A stretch of DNA of 64,000 nt from Spirochaetales bacterium (GTDB taxonomy: Bacteria; Spirochaetota; Spirochaetia; JABEVK01): assembly GCA_037142615.1 (NCBI GenBank), contig JBAXAI010000003.1, positions 96,001 to 160,000 of the forward strand, given 5' to 3'. The notes below the pieces were generated by a model. The model ran no database searches. It was not told the origin of the DNA and saw nothing but the letters and a program-made list of their open reading frames with translations. Position 1 is the first letter of the stretch. Each line of letters opens with the position of its first letter. Positions 18,666 through 28,965 of the stretch are shown here, piece after piece. The position numbers and the translations under genes are program-made.

Positions 18666-19733
18666 CTAGGTGAGGCTCAGAGCTTCGTCGAGGATCTTTC
18701 GGTACACGCTCACCAGGCCGACCAACTTGGCTTCGGCGGGCGTCATCCACTGACCTGCCCAGCCAGCTGGCAGGGGGCCCGAGGTCGGCAAGGTTGGGGC
18801 GGCAGCACCCGGAAGCTGGAACAGCGTAGGACTCAAAAGGTCCTTGTAGCGGGTGTAGGTGTGTACCCGGGCGGTCAGCGGACCAACGGGAACCAACCCA
18901 CGCACTTCTACCGATCCCAGCGGCGGAAAAAGCCAGAGCGTCGAAAAACGCCCCGTCAGAGGCCGTGCCAGCCAGAACTGCAACCCGACGCCAGCCCCTC
19001 GCCGCACCACCGCCACGTTGGTCTGCAGCTCCGTGGTTGTTCGGACGACGGGCTCAGGAATCTCGGCTTGCAAGCCCCGGCGGTTCGCTACGCAAACAAA
19101 AGAAAGGGGACAGACCTCGCACGAGGGCTTTCGGGAGGTGCAGACCAGTTGACCCAACTGCATCAGCGCCTGATTGGCCTCGCGGCTCGACGGGCCCTCC
19201 ACCAAGGCCGCCCAACTTGCACGCCAGGCGGCCTCGGCTTCCTTGGTCCACCGGTGGGTTGCGCCAAGCCGCTGAAAAATCCGCTTCAAGTTGGCGTCGA
19301 GCGTCAGGGCGGGCTGGCCAAAGGCGAAGGCAAGTAGCGCCGACGCCGTGTAGTCGCCAATCCCGGGGAGCTCGCGCAGTTGGTCGTAGGTCGAAGGGAG
19401 CGTGGTTCCACCGCCGGCCACCACCTGCCTGGCAGCCCGGTGCAAGTTGCGGGCGCGGCTGGCGTAGCCCAGGCCCTCCCAAGCTGCAAGCACGTCACTT
19501 TCGTCGGCGGCAGCCAGCGAAGGCAAGTCAGGCCAGCGGGCCATCCAGCGCTCATAAGGGGCAATTCCTGCGCTGACAACGGTTTGCTGGAGCATGATCT
19601 CGCTGATCCAGATGGCGTAAGGGTCGTGTGTGGCCGTCCACGGGAACACCCGGGCATGAGCCCGAAACCAAGCCCGCGCCGCGCCCAACGGCTCGGAGGT
19701 CAGGGGGGTAGGATTCAGGGGTGCAGCACCCAC
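18666..19733 (-). CDS. mutY: A/G-specific adenine glycosylase (start approximate)
   Basis: ISEIMLQQT, WEGLGYASRARNLH, HhH LPGIGDYTA, Fe-S loop CTSRKPSCEVCPLSFVC. Confidence 0.92.
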   Translation of the reverse strand: MGAAPLNPTPLTSEPLGAARAWFRAHARVFPWTATHDPYAIWISEIMLQQTVVSAGIAPYERWMARWPDLPSLAAADESDVLAAWEGLGYASRARNLHRAARQVVAGGGTTLPSTYDQLRELPGIGDYTASALLAFAFGQPALTLDANLKRIFQRLGATHRWTKEAEAAWRASWAALVEGPSSREANQALMQLGQLVCTSRKPSCEVCPLSFVCVANRRGLQAEIPEPVVRTTTELQTNVAVVRRGAGVGLQFWLARPLTGRFSTLWLFPPLGSVEVRGLVPVGPLTARVHTYTRYKDLLSPTLFQLPGAAAPTLPTSGPLPAGWAGQWMTPAEAKLVGLVSVYRKILDEALSLT

Positions 19734-20188
19734 AACGGACGCCCTTGGTGCGGCCCCAGTCCGGTGGCAAAGTCGAGCGCCCACAGGCTGGGTGTGTGGA
19801 ACTCAACGGTGTCCTTGAACGCCTCGGCAAGCAGCCACCGGGTCAGCTCGCTGACAAACGGGTTGTGCGAATACACAACGGCCGAGGTGACGCCCTGCGC
19901 CTCCCACTCCCGCAACTCTTTTACCAGGTCTGCGGGGTACGCGTCGGGCGTCAGGGACTGCGACTCAAGGCTCACCGAAGCCGGGATCGCGGCAGCAAAG
20001 AGCTCGGCAGTCTGCCTGGCACGCAGGTACGGTGAACTCATCGCTACCCCTGCCGAAAACCCTTTGGCCTGCACCCGCGGTAACAGAGTCAGAATGCGCT
20101 CACGGCCCAGGGGCGAAAGCGCGCGGAACCGGTCGCCGTCAGGATGGCTTTCGACGGCCTTTCCGTGGCGGACTATCAGCAATTGCAT
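19715..20188 (-). CDS. sixA: SixA-like histidine phosphatase
   Basis: LLIVRHGKA, SSPYLRARQTA, SHNP; TGATG coupling to malQ. Confidence 0.85.
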   Translation of the reverse strand: MQLLIVRHGKAVESHPDGDRFRALSPLGRERILTLLPRVQAKGFSAGVAMSSPYLRARQTAELFAAAIPASVSLESQSLTPDAYPADLVKELREWEAQGVTSAVVYSHNPFVSELTRWLLAEAFKDTVEFHTPSLWALDFATGLGPHQGRPLWVLHP

Positions 20189-21723
20189 CAGCGGCCGTAG
20201 AGTTGGGTCATACTGCCGTATTTTTCGGCCAGTTCGGGCTTCAATTCGTTGTCGGCCAAGCGCCAGCACCAGTTACCGCCCAAAGTGGAAGGCGTGTTCA
20301 TGCGCGCCCAACTCGGCAGATTCAGCAGATCCTGCATCGGAATGATGGCGTAAACGGCGGTCGAACTGATGGCCGCGCGGATGAAACCCCAGGCCACGTC
20401 TTCCAGGTGTCCATCGACGTATTCGAGCGAGTAGGCCTGGTCGACAGGGGTGGCCGACTCGTACCAACCACGCGCGGTGTCGTTGTCGTGGCTGCCGGTG
20501 TAGACCACGCAGTTGGAATGGTAGTTGTGGGGGAGAAAGCCGTTTTCCCCGTTGGCGCCGGCTTCGGCCGAGTCGAAGGCGAACTGCAAAATCTTCATGC
20601 CAGGGAACTCGAAGTCATCGCGCAACTTCTCCACTTCGGGGGTGATGACGCCTAGGTCTTCGGCCAAAATAGGAAGTCGGCCCAGTTTGGCGCGGATGGT
20701 TTCGAAGAGTTCGGTGCCGGGAGCTTTGACCCAACGGCCGCCGATGGCGTTTTCGGCCCTGCCGGGGACTTCCCAGTAGGCTTCGAACCCGCGGAAATGG
20801 TCGATACGGATGATGTCGACGAGCTTGAGCGTAGCCTGAATGCGGGCCAGCCACCAATTGAAGTCGTCTTTCTTCATCTCGTCCCAGTTGTAGAGCGGGT
20901 TGCCCCACAGCTGGCCCGTGGCCGAAAAGTAGTCCGGAGGCACACCTGCCACCACCAAGGGCTGGCCGTGGTCGTCGAGTTGGAAGAACCGCCGGTTGGC
21001 CCAAACGTCCACCGAGTCGGCGGCCACAAAAATGGGAATGTCACCGATGATCTGGATGCCCTTGCCGTTGGCGTAGGCCTTGAGCGCGAGCCACTGGCGG
21101 AAGAACCAGAACTGCAACACTTTCTTGACAGCGATCGCCTCGCTGAGTTTGGTGCGCCACCGGGCCAAGGCCTCGGGCTCGCGCAGGCGGATGTCGAGGT
21201 CCCAGTAGTTGCTCCACATTTTGCCCATCAGCCCGTCGGCGTCGGCCTTCTTTTGATACTCTTCCTTGATGGCCATGAAGAGGGTGAAATCTTCGAGCCA
21301 ACTGCCTTCGGTGCGGCAAAAGGTGTCGAAAGCGGTCATCTGCTCGCCCTTGGCGTTCTTGAGGAAGTTGTGGGCCGCCTTGTCGAGGAGCGGCAGCTTC
21401 CAATACACCACCCAGCCGTAGTCGATCTTCACGGGGTCAAAAGCGGGAACCTCGCCCAGCTCGGCCTTCGACAGCCAACCGTCGGCGAGCAGGGTTTCCA
21501 GGCTGATCAGCAGGGGGTTGCCGGCAAAGGTGGAAAACGAGGCGTAGGGCGAGTCGCCGTAGCCGGTGGGCCCAAGGGGCAACACTTGCCAGAGCTTTTG
21601 CCGCGCCTGCGCCAAAAAGTCGACAAAGGCGAAAGCGTTCTTGCCCAAGTCGCCGATGCCGTGGGGTCCGGGCAACGAGGTGGGGTGCAGCAGTACCCCG
21701 GCTTCGCGTCGTTTCTTGCTCAT
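20188..21723 (-). CDS. malQ: 4-alpha-glucanotransferase (GH77)
   Basis: GVLLHPTSLPG, GDIPIFVA.DS.DVW, RIDHFRGF, AEDLG, YTGSHDNDT. Confidence 0.96.
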   Translation of the reverse strand: MSKKRREAGVLLHPTSLPGPHGIGDLGKNAFAFVDFLAQARQKLWQVLPLGPTGYGDSPYASFSTFAGNPLLISLETLLADGWLSKAELGEVPAFDPVKIDYGWVVYWKLPLLDKAAHNFLKNAKGEQMTAFDTFCRTEGSWLEDFTLFMAIKEEYQKKADADGLMGKMWSNYWDLDIRLREPEALARWRTKLSEAIAVKKVLQFWFFRQWLALKAYANGKGIQIIGDIPIFVAADSVDVWANRRFFQLDDHGQPLVVAGVPPDYFSATGQLWGNPLYNWDEMKKDDFNWWLARIQATLKLVDIIRIDHFRGFEAYWEVPGRAENAIGGRWVKAPGTELFETIRAKLGRLPILAEDLGVITPEVEKLRDDFEFPGMKILQFAFDSAEAGANGENGFLPHNYHSNCVVYTGSHDNDTARGWYESATPVDQAYSLEYVDGHLEDVAWGFIRAAISSTAVYAIIPMQDLLNLPSWARMNTPSTLGGNWCWRLADNELKPELAEKYGSMTQLYGR

Positions 21724-21736
21724 GAGAGTCTCCTTG

Positions 21737-22222
21737 TTACTTGCCGTGGCAGACTTTGTACTTTTTTCCGCTTCCGCAGGGGCAGGGCTCGTTGCGGCCC
21801 ACCTTGGGGGTGTCGCGCACGATGCGCGTCGGTACGACGGTGCCCTTGTCGTAGAACCACTGACCGTTGGTCTTCTTGAACTCCGCGAGCTCGTGGTACT
21901 CCTCTTTCAGGCCCTTGCTCGAGTAGTTGGCAACGAAGTCGACCTTGCCCCAATCGTCGTTCGGGCCGCCCTTTTCCTTGCCGAGAATCTTGAGACCGAG
22001 CCAGGTCGATTCCAGGCTCCACTTGCGGGTTTCTTCGATCGACACCTCATCGCGGTCGTCGCGCTCGTGGGTCTTTTCGATGAAGTCGATTTCGCCCTTG
22101 ACGTACGAGGTGTACCGGGCGCGCATGAGCGTCTCGGCGGTGGGAGCATCCTTGGTTCCCTTGATGAACGGCTCGCAACAGGCGCTATAGGCCAAACCCG
22201 AACCACACGGACATTTTTCCAA
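21737..22222 (-). CDS. YchJ-family SEC-C motif protein
   Basis: TTG start after [45 protein letters not shown]. Confidence 0.9.
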   Translation of the reverse strand: MEKCPCGSGLAYSACCEPFIKGTKDAPTAETLMRARYTSYVKGEIDFIEKTHERDDRDEVSIEETRKWSLESTWLGLKILGKEKGGPNDDWGKVDFVANYSSKGLKEEYHELAEFKKTNGQWFYDKGTVVPTRIVRDTPKVGRNEPCPCGSGKKYKVCHGK

Positions 22223-22294
22223 ACTGAGCTCCTCCCGAAGACGGCTCTCATTATACAAGCCACAACAGGGTTGGCAAGGAGAATTTATACCGGT

Positions 22295-24049
22295 TTAACC
22301 ACGGGTGGCACCACGCTCCAACTGACCTTGATTGCGCCCTGCCTGCTTGGCCTGGTACATGAGCCGGTCGGCGGCGTTGAGCACATCCTGTGCATTTTCG
22401 TGCAGCGAAGCCTGGGCGACGCCGTAGCTGAAGGTGAGCGGCGGCTCTCCACTGCCGAACTTCACCGGGGTAGCCTGCAACGTCAGGCGGATCTTTTCGA
22501 GCACGATCCCCGCCTCGGTGGCCGAGATCCCTGGCAACAGAAGGCAGAACTCTTCCCCACCGTAGCGACTGACAGAGTCTGATTTCCGCACGCTTTTTTG
22601 CAACAGTTCCGACACCATCAACAGGGCCTCGTCACCAGCGGAGTGGCCAAACCGGTCGTTCACGGCCTTGAAGTGGTCAATGTCGACCATGGCCAGGCTG
22701 AAGTCTTGGGTGTAGCGAAGCCAGCGTTCCCATTCCTGCGTTAGCAGAGTCCAAAAATACCGGCGGTTCATCAAACCCGTCAGCGAATCGCTGCGCGACT
22801 GGATCTCGAGGTCCCGCGTGCGCTCTACCACCCGCAGTTCGAGCGTGTCGTTCAACTCTTCGACCCGGCGGAAGCTTCGCGAAAGCACGCCGCCCATCAC
22901 CAGAGTCTGGGTAAACAGGAAGATGAACAACCCGAGGTTGAGCGAGTAGAAGGTGACAATCAGCTTGTTGTCGTGCAGAACATCGTTGGCCGCCGAGGCG
23001 AAAATCACCAGAAACCCGAGCAACATGAGGCCAGCGCCGAGTTTTCGGTTCCGGAGCGCAAGAATCAGGATACCCAGGAAGTACGTGCAGCAAACGAGAA
23101 TGACGATCTGATACGGCCAGAACCAGGCCTGCAGGTAGTACGGCGACGTCACGAGGCACACAATTCCCTGCACAAAAGCCATGGTTCCCAAAAGCGTCAT
23201 CAGCACGCGATACCGTGCCACGGGAAACATCGCCTGCATGTAGGACGAAAACACAATGGGCAGCAAGATCGTATCGAGGTAGGCCAAGCGAAGGCCTAAC
23301 ACCTGGTCAAAGCCCGGCCACTCGGCGGCCAGCAATTGCTCACCCGACAGGCTGGCTTTCAGGCTCGAAAGCAGACAGAAGATCCCAAAATACAGGGGTG
23401 CCCGGTCCCTGGTGCGAAAAAAGAACAACGCCAGGTGGTAGAGCCCCATCATGACGACCGCGCCGATCAGCAGGGTTTCGCCAAGCCGTCCGGTGGCGGC
23501 GGCGTCTTCCACTGCGGTGTGGGGCCCGGCAAGGACCGGGAGCCACAGCCCACCCGACGCGAGGATGTGATTGTCGACCGATACCGTCAGGAGGGTTTCG
23601 GAGCTCTGGGGCGTCCACGTGTACACTTGGGGGACGAAGTTGAGGCCAGTCGCGCCCCAAGAGCCTAATTCGAGCTTGTCGGCCCAGAGTTGGGCGTGTG
23701 AGTTGATGCCCTTGAACTGCACCGCGTACAGCTGGCCCGGGGTCAACCCGGTCAGTCGCACCTGATACACACCGCGGCCCAGGGTCGGGGCAATGCTGTC
23801 CCAAATGCCCGGCACCTGCAGGGCCATCGACCCGGGAGAGTTCCACAGCAGTTCGGGGTCCTTGATTCCAGACCCCACGGGCTCAAACTGCTGACCGGGG
23901 AAATAGCGCCAGAGGCCGTCCAAACGGACAGCAGTGGCCCCAAGAGAAGCCTGGGCGTCCTTCTCGAGAAGCGAAACTGCCGGAGTGCACGAGGCCAACA
24001 TCAAAATAGCTGCGAGAAGTCCGCCTGCAGACCCCGAACTGAGCCTCAT
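22295..24049 (-). CDS. Diguanylate cyclase with 7TMR-DISM-type sensor
   Basis: Lipobox-like LASC, an extracellular sugar-binding-like domain, 7TM region (GLYHLALF...LYFGIFC), RKSD I-site and GGEEF. Confidence 0.9.
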   Translation of the reverse strand: MRLSSGSAGGLLAAILMLASCTPAVSLLEKDAQASLGATAVRLDGLWRYFPGQQFEPVGSGIKDPELLWNSPGSMALQVPGIWDSIAPTLGRGVYQVRLTGLTPGQLYAVQFKGINSHAQLWADKLELGSWGATGLNFVPQVYTWTPQSSETLLTVSVDNHILASGGLWLPVLAGPHTAVEDAAATGRLGETLLIGAVVMMGLYHLALFFFRTRDRAPLYFGIFCLLSSLKASLSGEQLLAAEWPGFDQVLGLRLAYLDTILLPIVFSSYMQAMFPVARYRVLMTLLGTMAFVQGIVCLVTSPYYLQAWFWPYQIVILVCCTYFLGILILALRNRKLGAGLMLLGFLVIFASAANDVLHDNKLIVTFYSLNLGLFIFLFTQTLVMGGVLSRSFRRVEELNDTLELRVVERTRDLEIQSRSDSLTGLMNRRYFWTLLTQEWERWLRYTQDFSLAMVDIDHFKAVNDRFGHSAGDEALLMVSELLQKSVRKSDSVSRYGGEEFCLLLPGISATEAGIVLEKIRLTLQATPVKFGSGEPPLTFSYGVAQASLHENAQDVLNAADRLMYQAKQAGRNQGQLERGATRG

Positions 24050-24062
24050 AATTGAACGGTCT

Positions 24063-24302
24063 CTAGATGCCCATGTTCGCGAGGTAGTTGCTGAAGGTGT
24101 TGACGGTGAGGGTCAGTTGAGGGTGCCGGGTTTCAAAGGTCTCAACGGCTTCCCGGATTCCCGGCGTGTGGTGCACCGAAAGCTCGGCAACCTCGTTCTT
24201 CAGGTGGGCGAGAAGGGCTTCCAGTTCGCCTTGTTGCTCGGGGCTCAGGGAAGTGGCAGCGCGGATGCGGGCTTCCAGATCGTGGACGGTTTGGTCGATC
24301 AT
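24063..24302 (-). CDS. DUF4404-family small protein
   Basis: C-terminal FETRHPQLT..VN.FS.YLANMGI pattern. Confidence 0.75.
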   Translation of the reverse strand: MIDQTVHDLEARIRAATSLSPEQQGELEALLAHLKNEVAELSVHHTPGIREAVETFETRHPQLTLTVNTFSNYLANMGI

Positions 24303-24338
24303 CGTGTGACCCCCTGCCCTGAGTATGATTCAGAAGCC

Positions 24339-25328
24339 TCAGGAAAGAAAGACCGTCGCCAAACTGAAGTACACCAGAATCGTGCTGATGTCGGTCAACG
24401 CCAGCACGAGGGGCCCTGCCGCGATCTTGGGCTCCACGTGGAGCGCTTTCAGCACCCACGGCAAGACAAGCCCGATGAGGCAGGCGCTGACAATCGACGT
24501 CGAAATGGCCCCGAAAATCACCAGCGAAACGGCGAAACGGGGCTCAAGGAGGTAGCTCAAGGCACCAACCGCCAGCCCGATGGGCAAGCCCAGCAGGAGG
24601 GCGGTGACAAGCTCGCGCCCGAAAAGCAGGGCATAGCGTTTGCGTTCCCGGGGCGGCTTGTGAAGTTCCTGAAAACTGAAGGTCATGCTCTGGATGCTGA
24701 TACTTTCACCCAAGGCCAGAACCAGCGCGATGAAAAAAGAAAGGATAAGGTTCCTCTCGAGGGTGCCGGCAAAACGGCTCGACAACCAGGCGCACAGAAA
24801 CCCGCTGGCCACCGTGGGCAAAAGCCACGGGAAGCGCGTGCGAAAGATGTCGATCAGCGTGCCCGAACGAAGGGACTCAAGGCGCACACCGATGGTTTGG
24901 AACATTTCTTCCACCAGCGTCTTGTCGCCGTGGTCGAGCGACTCGCCGGCCAAGGCCTGAAGATCGAGCACGCCGGCGATGGTGCCGTCGTCGTTGACCG
25001 CCGGCAGGGCGAGGAACTTGTGGTTCGCAAAGGCCCGGGCCGCAGCTTCCATGGTGGCATCGTCGCGAACGGTCACCAGGTTGCCGATCGCCAGGTCGGC
25101 CAGCAACTTTTGCGGCGCGGCGTGGAGCAACCGCCGCACAGGAATCACTCCGACGAGTCGGCCCTCGTCATCGACCGTGTAGTAATAGGACACCTGGCGA
25201 TCGTCGCCCAAGCGGCGGATGTGCTCCAGGGCGAACCCGGTGGTCCAGCTTTGATCCAGAGCAAGGAACTCGGCGTGAAGATGGTTCCGCACGATGTCGG
25301 TCAGCGGCGAAGCGGGGCGTTTTGCCAT
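24339..25328 (-). CDS. mgtE: MgtE-like transporter (CBS pair plus TM domain, no N domain)
   Basis: YTVDDEGRLVGVI, RFPWLL, GESISIQS, EPKIAAGPLVLALTD. Confidence 0.8.
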   Translation of the reverse strand: MAKRPASPLTDIVRNHLHAEFLALDQSWTTGFALEHIRRLGDDRQVSYYYTVDDEGRLVGVIPVRRLLHAAPQKLLADLAIGNLVTVRDDATMEAAARAFANHKFLALPAVNDDGTIAGVLDLQALAGESLDHGDKTLVEEMFQTIGVRLESLRSGTLIDIFRTRFPWLLPTVASGFLCAWLSSRFAGTLERNLILSFFIALVLALGESISIQSMTFSFQELHKPPRERKRYALLFGRELVTALLLGLPIGLAVGALSYLLEPRFAVSLVIFGAISTSIVSACLIGLVLPWVLKALHVEPKIAAGPLVLALTDISTILVYFSLATVFLS

Positions 25329-25369
25329 GGCACCAAGATAGAAAAAATCGCCCTGTGGTACAATGCCGC

Positions 25370-26569
25370 ATGCGACCCGGCGAAACCTTTCCGTTTTTCA
25401 CCCCCTGCGTTCCCGGGCTTGAGCCGTGGCTGAAGTACGAGCTCAACACGCTGGGCATCAAGCCGTTTGCCGAGGACGGTGGCTTCTTTTGGAGGGGCAC
25501 GTGGCGTGACCTGCACCGGGCCAGCCTGATGCTGCGTTCCGCGGGGCGCATTTTGGTACGCATGAAGCAGTTCACGGCCCTCACGTTCGCGGAGTTTGAG
25601 GCCGAGGCGACCGCGTTGCCGTGGCATTGGTTTGTCGGGGCCAAGGGCACCAGCCTGCCGCGTGCGTTCAAGTTCAAAATCACCTGCACCAAGAGCAAGC
25701 TCTACCACGAAGACGCGCTGGCCGAACGCTTGGCGCGCTGGATCACCGAAGCAACCGGAGCCCAGTGGTTCCCCGGGGCCAGCGACAGCGACGCGCAGAT
25801 TTTTGTGGTGCGGGGCTTTCACGACAAGTTCATCATCAGCGCCGACAGCACCGGCGACCATTTGCACCGCCGCGGCTACCGGCAAGAGATCAGCAAGGCC
25901 CCGCTGCGCGAGACCATCGCCGCCAGCCTCTTGTTTGCCTCGGGCTGGGTGGCCGCCGTCGAGGAAGGTTTGGGTCGCGGCGCGGCGGTAAGGCTCAAGG
26001 CGCCTACCCTCCCGCTGCTCGACCCGTTTTGCGGCTCGGGCACCATCGTCACCGAAGCGGCCCTCATTGCGCGCAAGATTCCGCCGGCCCTGGCCAACCC
26101 GAAGCAGGAGCCGCGCCCGTTTGCCTTTCAGCGCTGGGACAGCTACGAACCCGACGAGTTCGCCAAGACGGTCAACAGCTTCCGGAGCCATATTTTGGAG
26201 CGCTCCCCGGTGGAACTTCGGGGAAGCGACCGCGACGAGGGCGCCATCAAGGCCGCCCGGGCCAACGCGCGCCGAGCCGGGGTCGCCGACGACGCGCTTT
26301 TTGAGCGCCACGCCCTCAGCGACGCGGACTTTCCACAGCCCGGCTTCGTGGTTACCAATCCTCCGTTCGGCGTCAGGGTGAGCGAGGGGACAGACCTCCG
26401 CGACTTGTACGCGGTGTTCGGCCGCAAGGTTCGCGAGGCACCGCAGACCCAGGTCGGCTGGCTGTGCTCCGATTCTTCGTGGAAAAACGCGACCGGCGAA
26501 GCGTGGCGCGAAAGCGCGCGGTTCCCCAACGGCGGGCTCGATCTGCGCATCCTTGGAAAAGTATTGTGA
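25370..26569 (+). CDS. THUMP-domain RNA methyltransferase (RlmL/YpsC-like)
   Basis: LHRRGYR...APLRETIAA, DPFCGSGT, VTNPPFG. Confidence 0.88.
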   Translation: MRPGETFPFFTPCVPGLEPWLKYELNTLGIKPFAEDGGFFWRGTWRDLHRASLMLRSAGRILVRMKQFTALTFAEFEAEATALPWHWFVGAKGTSLPRAFKFKITCTKSKLYHEDALAERLARWITEATGAQWFPGASDSDAQIFVVRGFHDKFIISADSTGDHLHRRGYRQEISKAPLRETIAASLLFASGWVAAVEEGLGRGAAVRLKAPTLPLLDPFCGSGTIVTEAALIARKIPPALANPKQEPRPFAFQRWDSYEPDEFAKTVNSFRSHILERSPVELRGSDRDEGAIKAARANARRAGVADDALFERHALSDADFPQPGFVVTNPPFGVRVSEGTDLRDLYAVFGRKVREAPQTQVGWLCSDSSWKNATGEAWRESARFPNGGLDLRILGKVL

Positions 26570-26602
26570 AAATGCTGGGTTAATATTCCATCTTTCACAA
26601 TA
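26562..26602. promoter_or_regulatory. 10-bp inverted repeat with Rex-type half sites upstream of rnfC
   Basis: TATTGTGAAA-N21-TTTCACAATA. Confidence 0.45.
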
Positions 26603-26632
26603 ACATGCTAACATGGGTTAACGATCATTTAC

Positions 26633-28000
26633 ATGAGGTTATCCATGTTTCGTATGAGTCTGTTTCGAGGTGGGGCCCACGTGCCGCACCGCAAGACAAC
26701 GGCCGACAACCCCACGGTTGTCATGCCGCCCCCCGCCAAGGTCATCATCCCGTTGTTGCAGCACATCGGCGTGATCTGCGAGCCCACCGTCCAAAAAGGC
26801 GATCCCGTCAAAGTCGGCCAAATCATCGGTGACTCCACCAAGGCCATGTCGGCTCCGGTGCACTCCAGCGTCTCGGGCACCGTGACCAGCGTCGACTTCC
26901 AGCTGTGGGCCGGCGGTGTGCAGGTCATGACCGTCGAAATCCAGACCGACGGCCTGCAGACCCCGCTCGAGACCCTGGAGCCGCCCCGGTTCAGCAACAA
27001 GGCTGAGTTCCTCGCGGCCGTGCGGGCCAGCGGCCTCGTCGGCCTTGGAGGCGCGGGCTTCCCGGCGCACATCAAGCTCAGCCCTCCCCCTGGCGCCAAG
27101 ATCGACACGCTGGTGATCAACGCTGCCGAGTGCGAACCCTACATCACCAGCGACTATCGCGAAATCCTCGAGAACAGCTGGAACGTGCTGAACGGCATCC
27201 AACTGGTCATGAAACAGCTCGAGATCAGCAAGTGCATCATCGGTATCGAAGACAACAAGCCCGACGCCATCGCCGAACTGAAGAAGATCTGCGGCCAGGC
27301 CCCGGGAGTTACCGTGATGCCCCTGCCCACCCGCTACCCGCAGGGCGCCGAGAAGATGCTCATCTGGGCCACCACCAAGCGGGCCGTTCCGGCCGGCAAG
27401 CTGCCCAGCGATGTCAACGTCATCGTGATGAATGTCGCCTCGGTGTCTTTCCTGGCCGAGTTCGTGAAGACCGGCATGCCGCTGGTCAAGAAAAAGGTCA
27501 CGGTCGCCGGGCCCTGCGTCGCCAACCCGCAAAACGTCGAGGTGCGCATCGGCACGCCGCTCAAGGACGTGTTCGAGTTTGCCGGTGGCCTCAGCCGCGA
27601 ACCCCGCAAGGTGATCATGGGCGGCCCGATGATGGGTGTTGCCCAGCACAGCCTTGAGACCGCCGTGGTGAAGCACACCAACGCGCTCCTGGCCTTTGGT
27701 CCCGAAGAAGGCGAGTTGCCCGAGCCCACCGCGTGTATCCGCTGCGGCCGCTGCACGGTGGCGTGCCCCATGGCGCTGCTGCCGCTCGAGCTCAACCGCG
27801 CCGCTCTGCGCAACAACGTCGACGACCTGAACAAGTACGGCGTCAACGCCTGCATCGAATGCGGCAGTTGCAGCTTTGTCTGTCCCTCGAAGATCCACCT
27901 CGTCCAGGCCATCCGCTTGGGCAAGACCCAAGTTCGTACCGCGGCCGCCCGGGCGGCCGCGCAAGCCCAGGCGAAAGCCGCCGAAGGAGCCGCCAAGTGA
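26633..28000 (+). CDS. rnfC: Rnf complex subunit C
   Basis: PLLQHIG, GLVGLGGAGFP, NAAECEPYITSD, CIRCGRC..CP, CIECGSC..CP. Confidence 0.95.
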   Translation: MRLSMFRMSLFRGGAHVPHRKTTADNPTVVMPPPAKVIIPLLQHIGVICEPTVQKGDPVKVGQIIGDSTKAMSAPVHSSVSGTVTSVDFQLWAGGVQVMTVEIQTDGLQTPLETLEPPRFSNKAEFLAAVRASGLVGLGGAGFPAHIKLSPPPGAKIDTLVINAAECEPYITSDYREILENSWNVLNGIQLVMKQLEISKCIIGIEDNKPDAIAELKKICGQAPGVTVMPLPTRYPQGAEKMLIWATTKRAVPAGKLPSDVNVIVMNVASVSFLAEFVKTGMPLVKKKVTVAGPCVANPQNVEVRIGTPLKDVFEFAGGLSREPRKVIMGGPMMGVAQHSLETAVVKHTNALLAFGPEEGELPEPTACIRCGRCTVACPMALLPLELNRAALRNNVDDLNKYGVNACIECGSCSFVCPSKIHLVQAIRLGKTQVRTAAARAAAQAQAKAAEGAAK

Positions 28001-28965
28001 GCCAAACCTTGCTCGTCACTTCGTCGCCCCACCTGCGGGCCAACAGTTCGTCGCGGCGCATCATGCTCGACGTCATCCTGGCGCTGCTGCCCGCCCTCGG
28101 CGCGGCCGCGTACTTCTTCGGCTTGCCAGTGCTTCTGCCGGTCCTCGTCACCATCTTGGGGGCCTTGGTCGGCGAGTACGTCATGCGCGTGCTCGTCCTC
28201 AAGCGCGACAACCGCCTCGGCGACCTGTCGGCCATTGTCACCGGCATCCTGCTGGGCATGAACCTGCCGCCTTCGATTCCTCTGCCGCTAGCCTTCCTCG
28301 GCGGCGCCATCGCCACAGCCTTCGTCAAGGAACTGTTCGGCGGCCTGGGCATGAACTTCATGAACCCGGCCATGGGCGCCCGCGTGTTCCTGTTCCTGGC
28401 GTGGCCGTCGATGATGACGGCCTGGACTCCTACCGTGGATGGCGTGGCTGGTGCCACCCCGCTGGCCATTTTGAAGGGTACCGAGGCCGCCGGCCAGACG
28501 CTCCCCGACCTGATGCACCTGTTTGTCGGCGACCGCGCCGGCTGCCTGGGCGAAACGTCGGTGCTGGCCCTGCTCATCGGTGCGGCCTACCTGGTCGTGC
28601 GGCGCGTCATCAAGCTCGATGTGCCGCTGATCTACATTGGCACCGTCGGGCTCATCACCTGGGTGTTCGGCGACAAGAATGCCCTGTTCGCGGGCAACTT
28701 CCCCGTGCACCTGCTGTCGGGCGGCTTGATTCTCGGCGCGTTCTTCATGGCCACCGACTACGCCACCCAGCCGGTCAGCCGGATGGGCAAGGTGATCTAC
28801 GCCTTGGGCCTGGGTCTGGTGACGGCGGTTATCCGCCTGTACACCAACTATCCCGAGGGTGTGAGCTTCGCGGTCATCCTGATGAACTGCCTCGTGCCCA
28901 TGATTGACCGCTACACGGTACCCAAGGCGTTTGGGGCCATTTCTGAGGGGGCCAAGCGTGCGTGA
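27997..28965 (+). CDS. rnfD: Rnf complex subunit D
   Basis: SSPH, FGGLGMNFMNPA, FMN site GATPL, FFMATD. Confidence 0.95.
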   Translation: MSQTLLVTSSPHLRANSSSRRIMLDVILALLPALGAAAYFFGLPVLLPVLVTILGALVGEYVMRVLVLKRDNRLGDLSAIVTGILLGMNLPPSIPLPLAFLGGAIATAFVKELFGGLGMNFMNPAMGARVFLFLAWPSMMTAWTPTVDGVAGATPLAILKGTEAAGQTLPDLMHLFVGDRAGCLGETSVLALLIGAAYLVVRRVIKLDVPLIYIGTVGLITWVFGDKNALFAGNFPVHLLSGGLILGAFFMATDYATQPVSRMGKVIYALGLGLVTAVIRLYTNYPEGVSFAVILMNCLVPMIDRYTVPKAFGAISEGAKRA

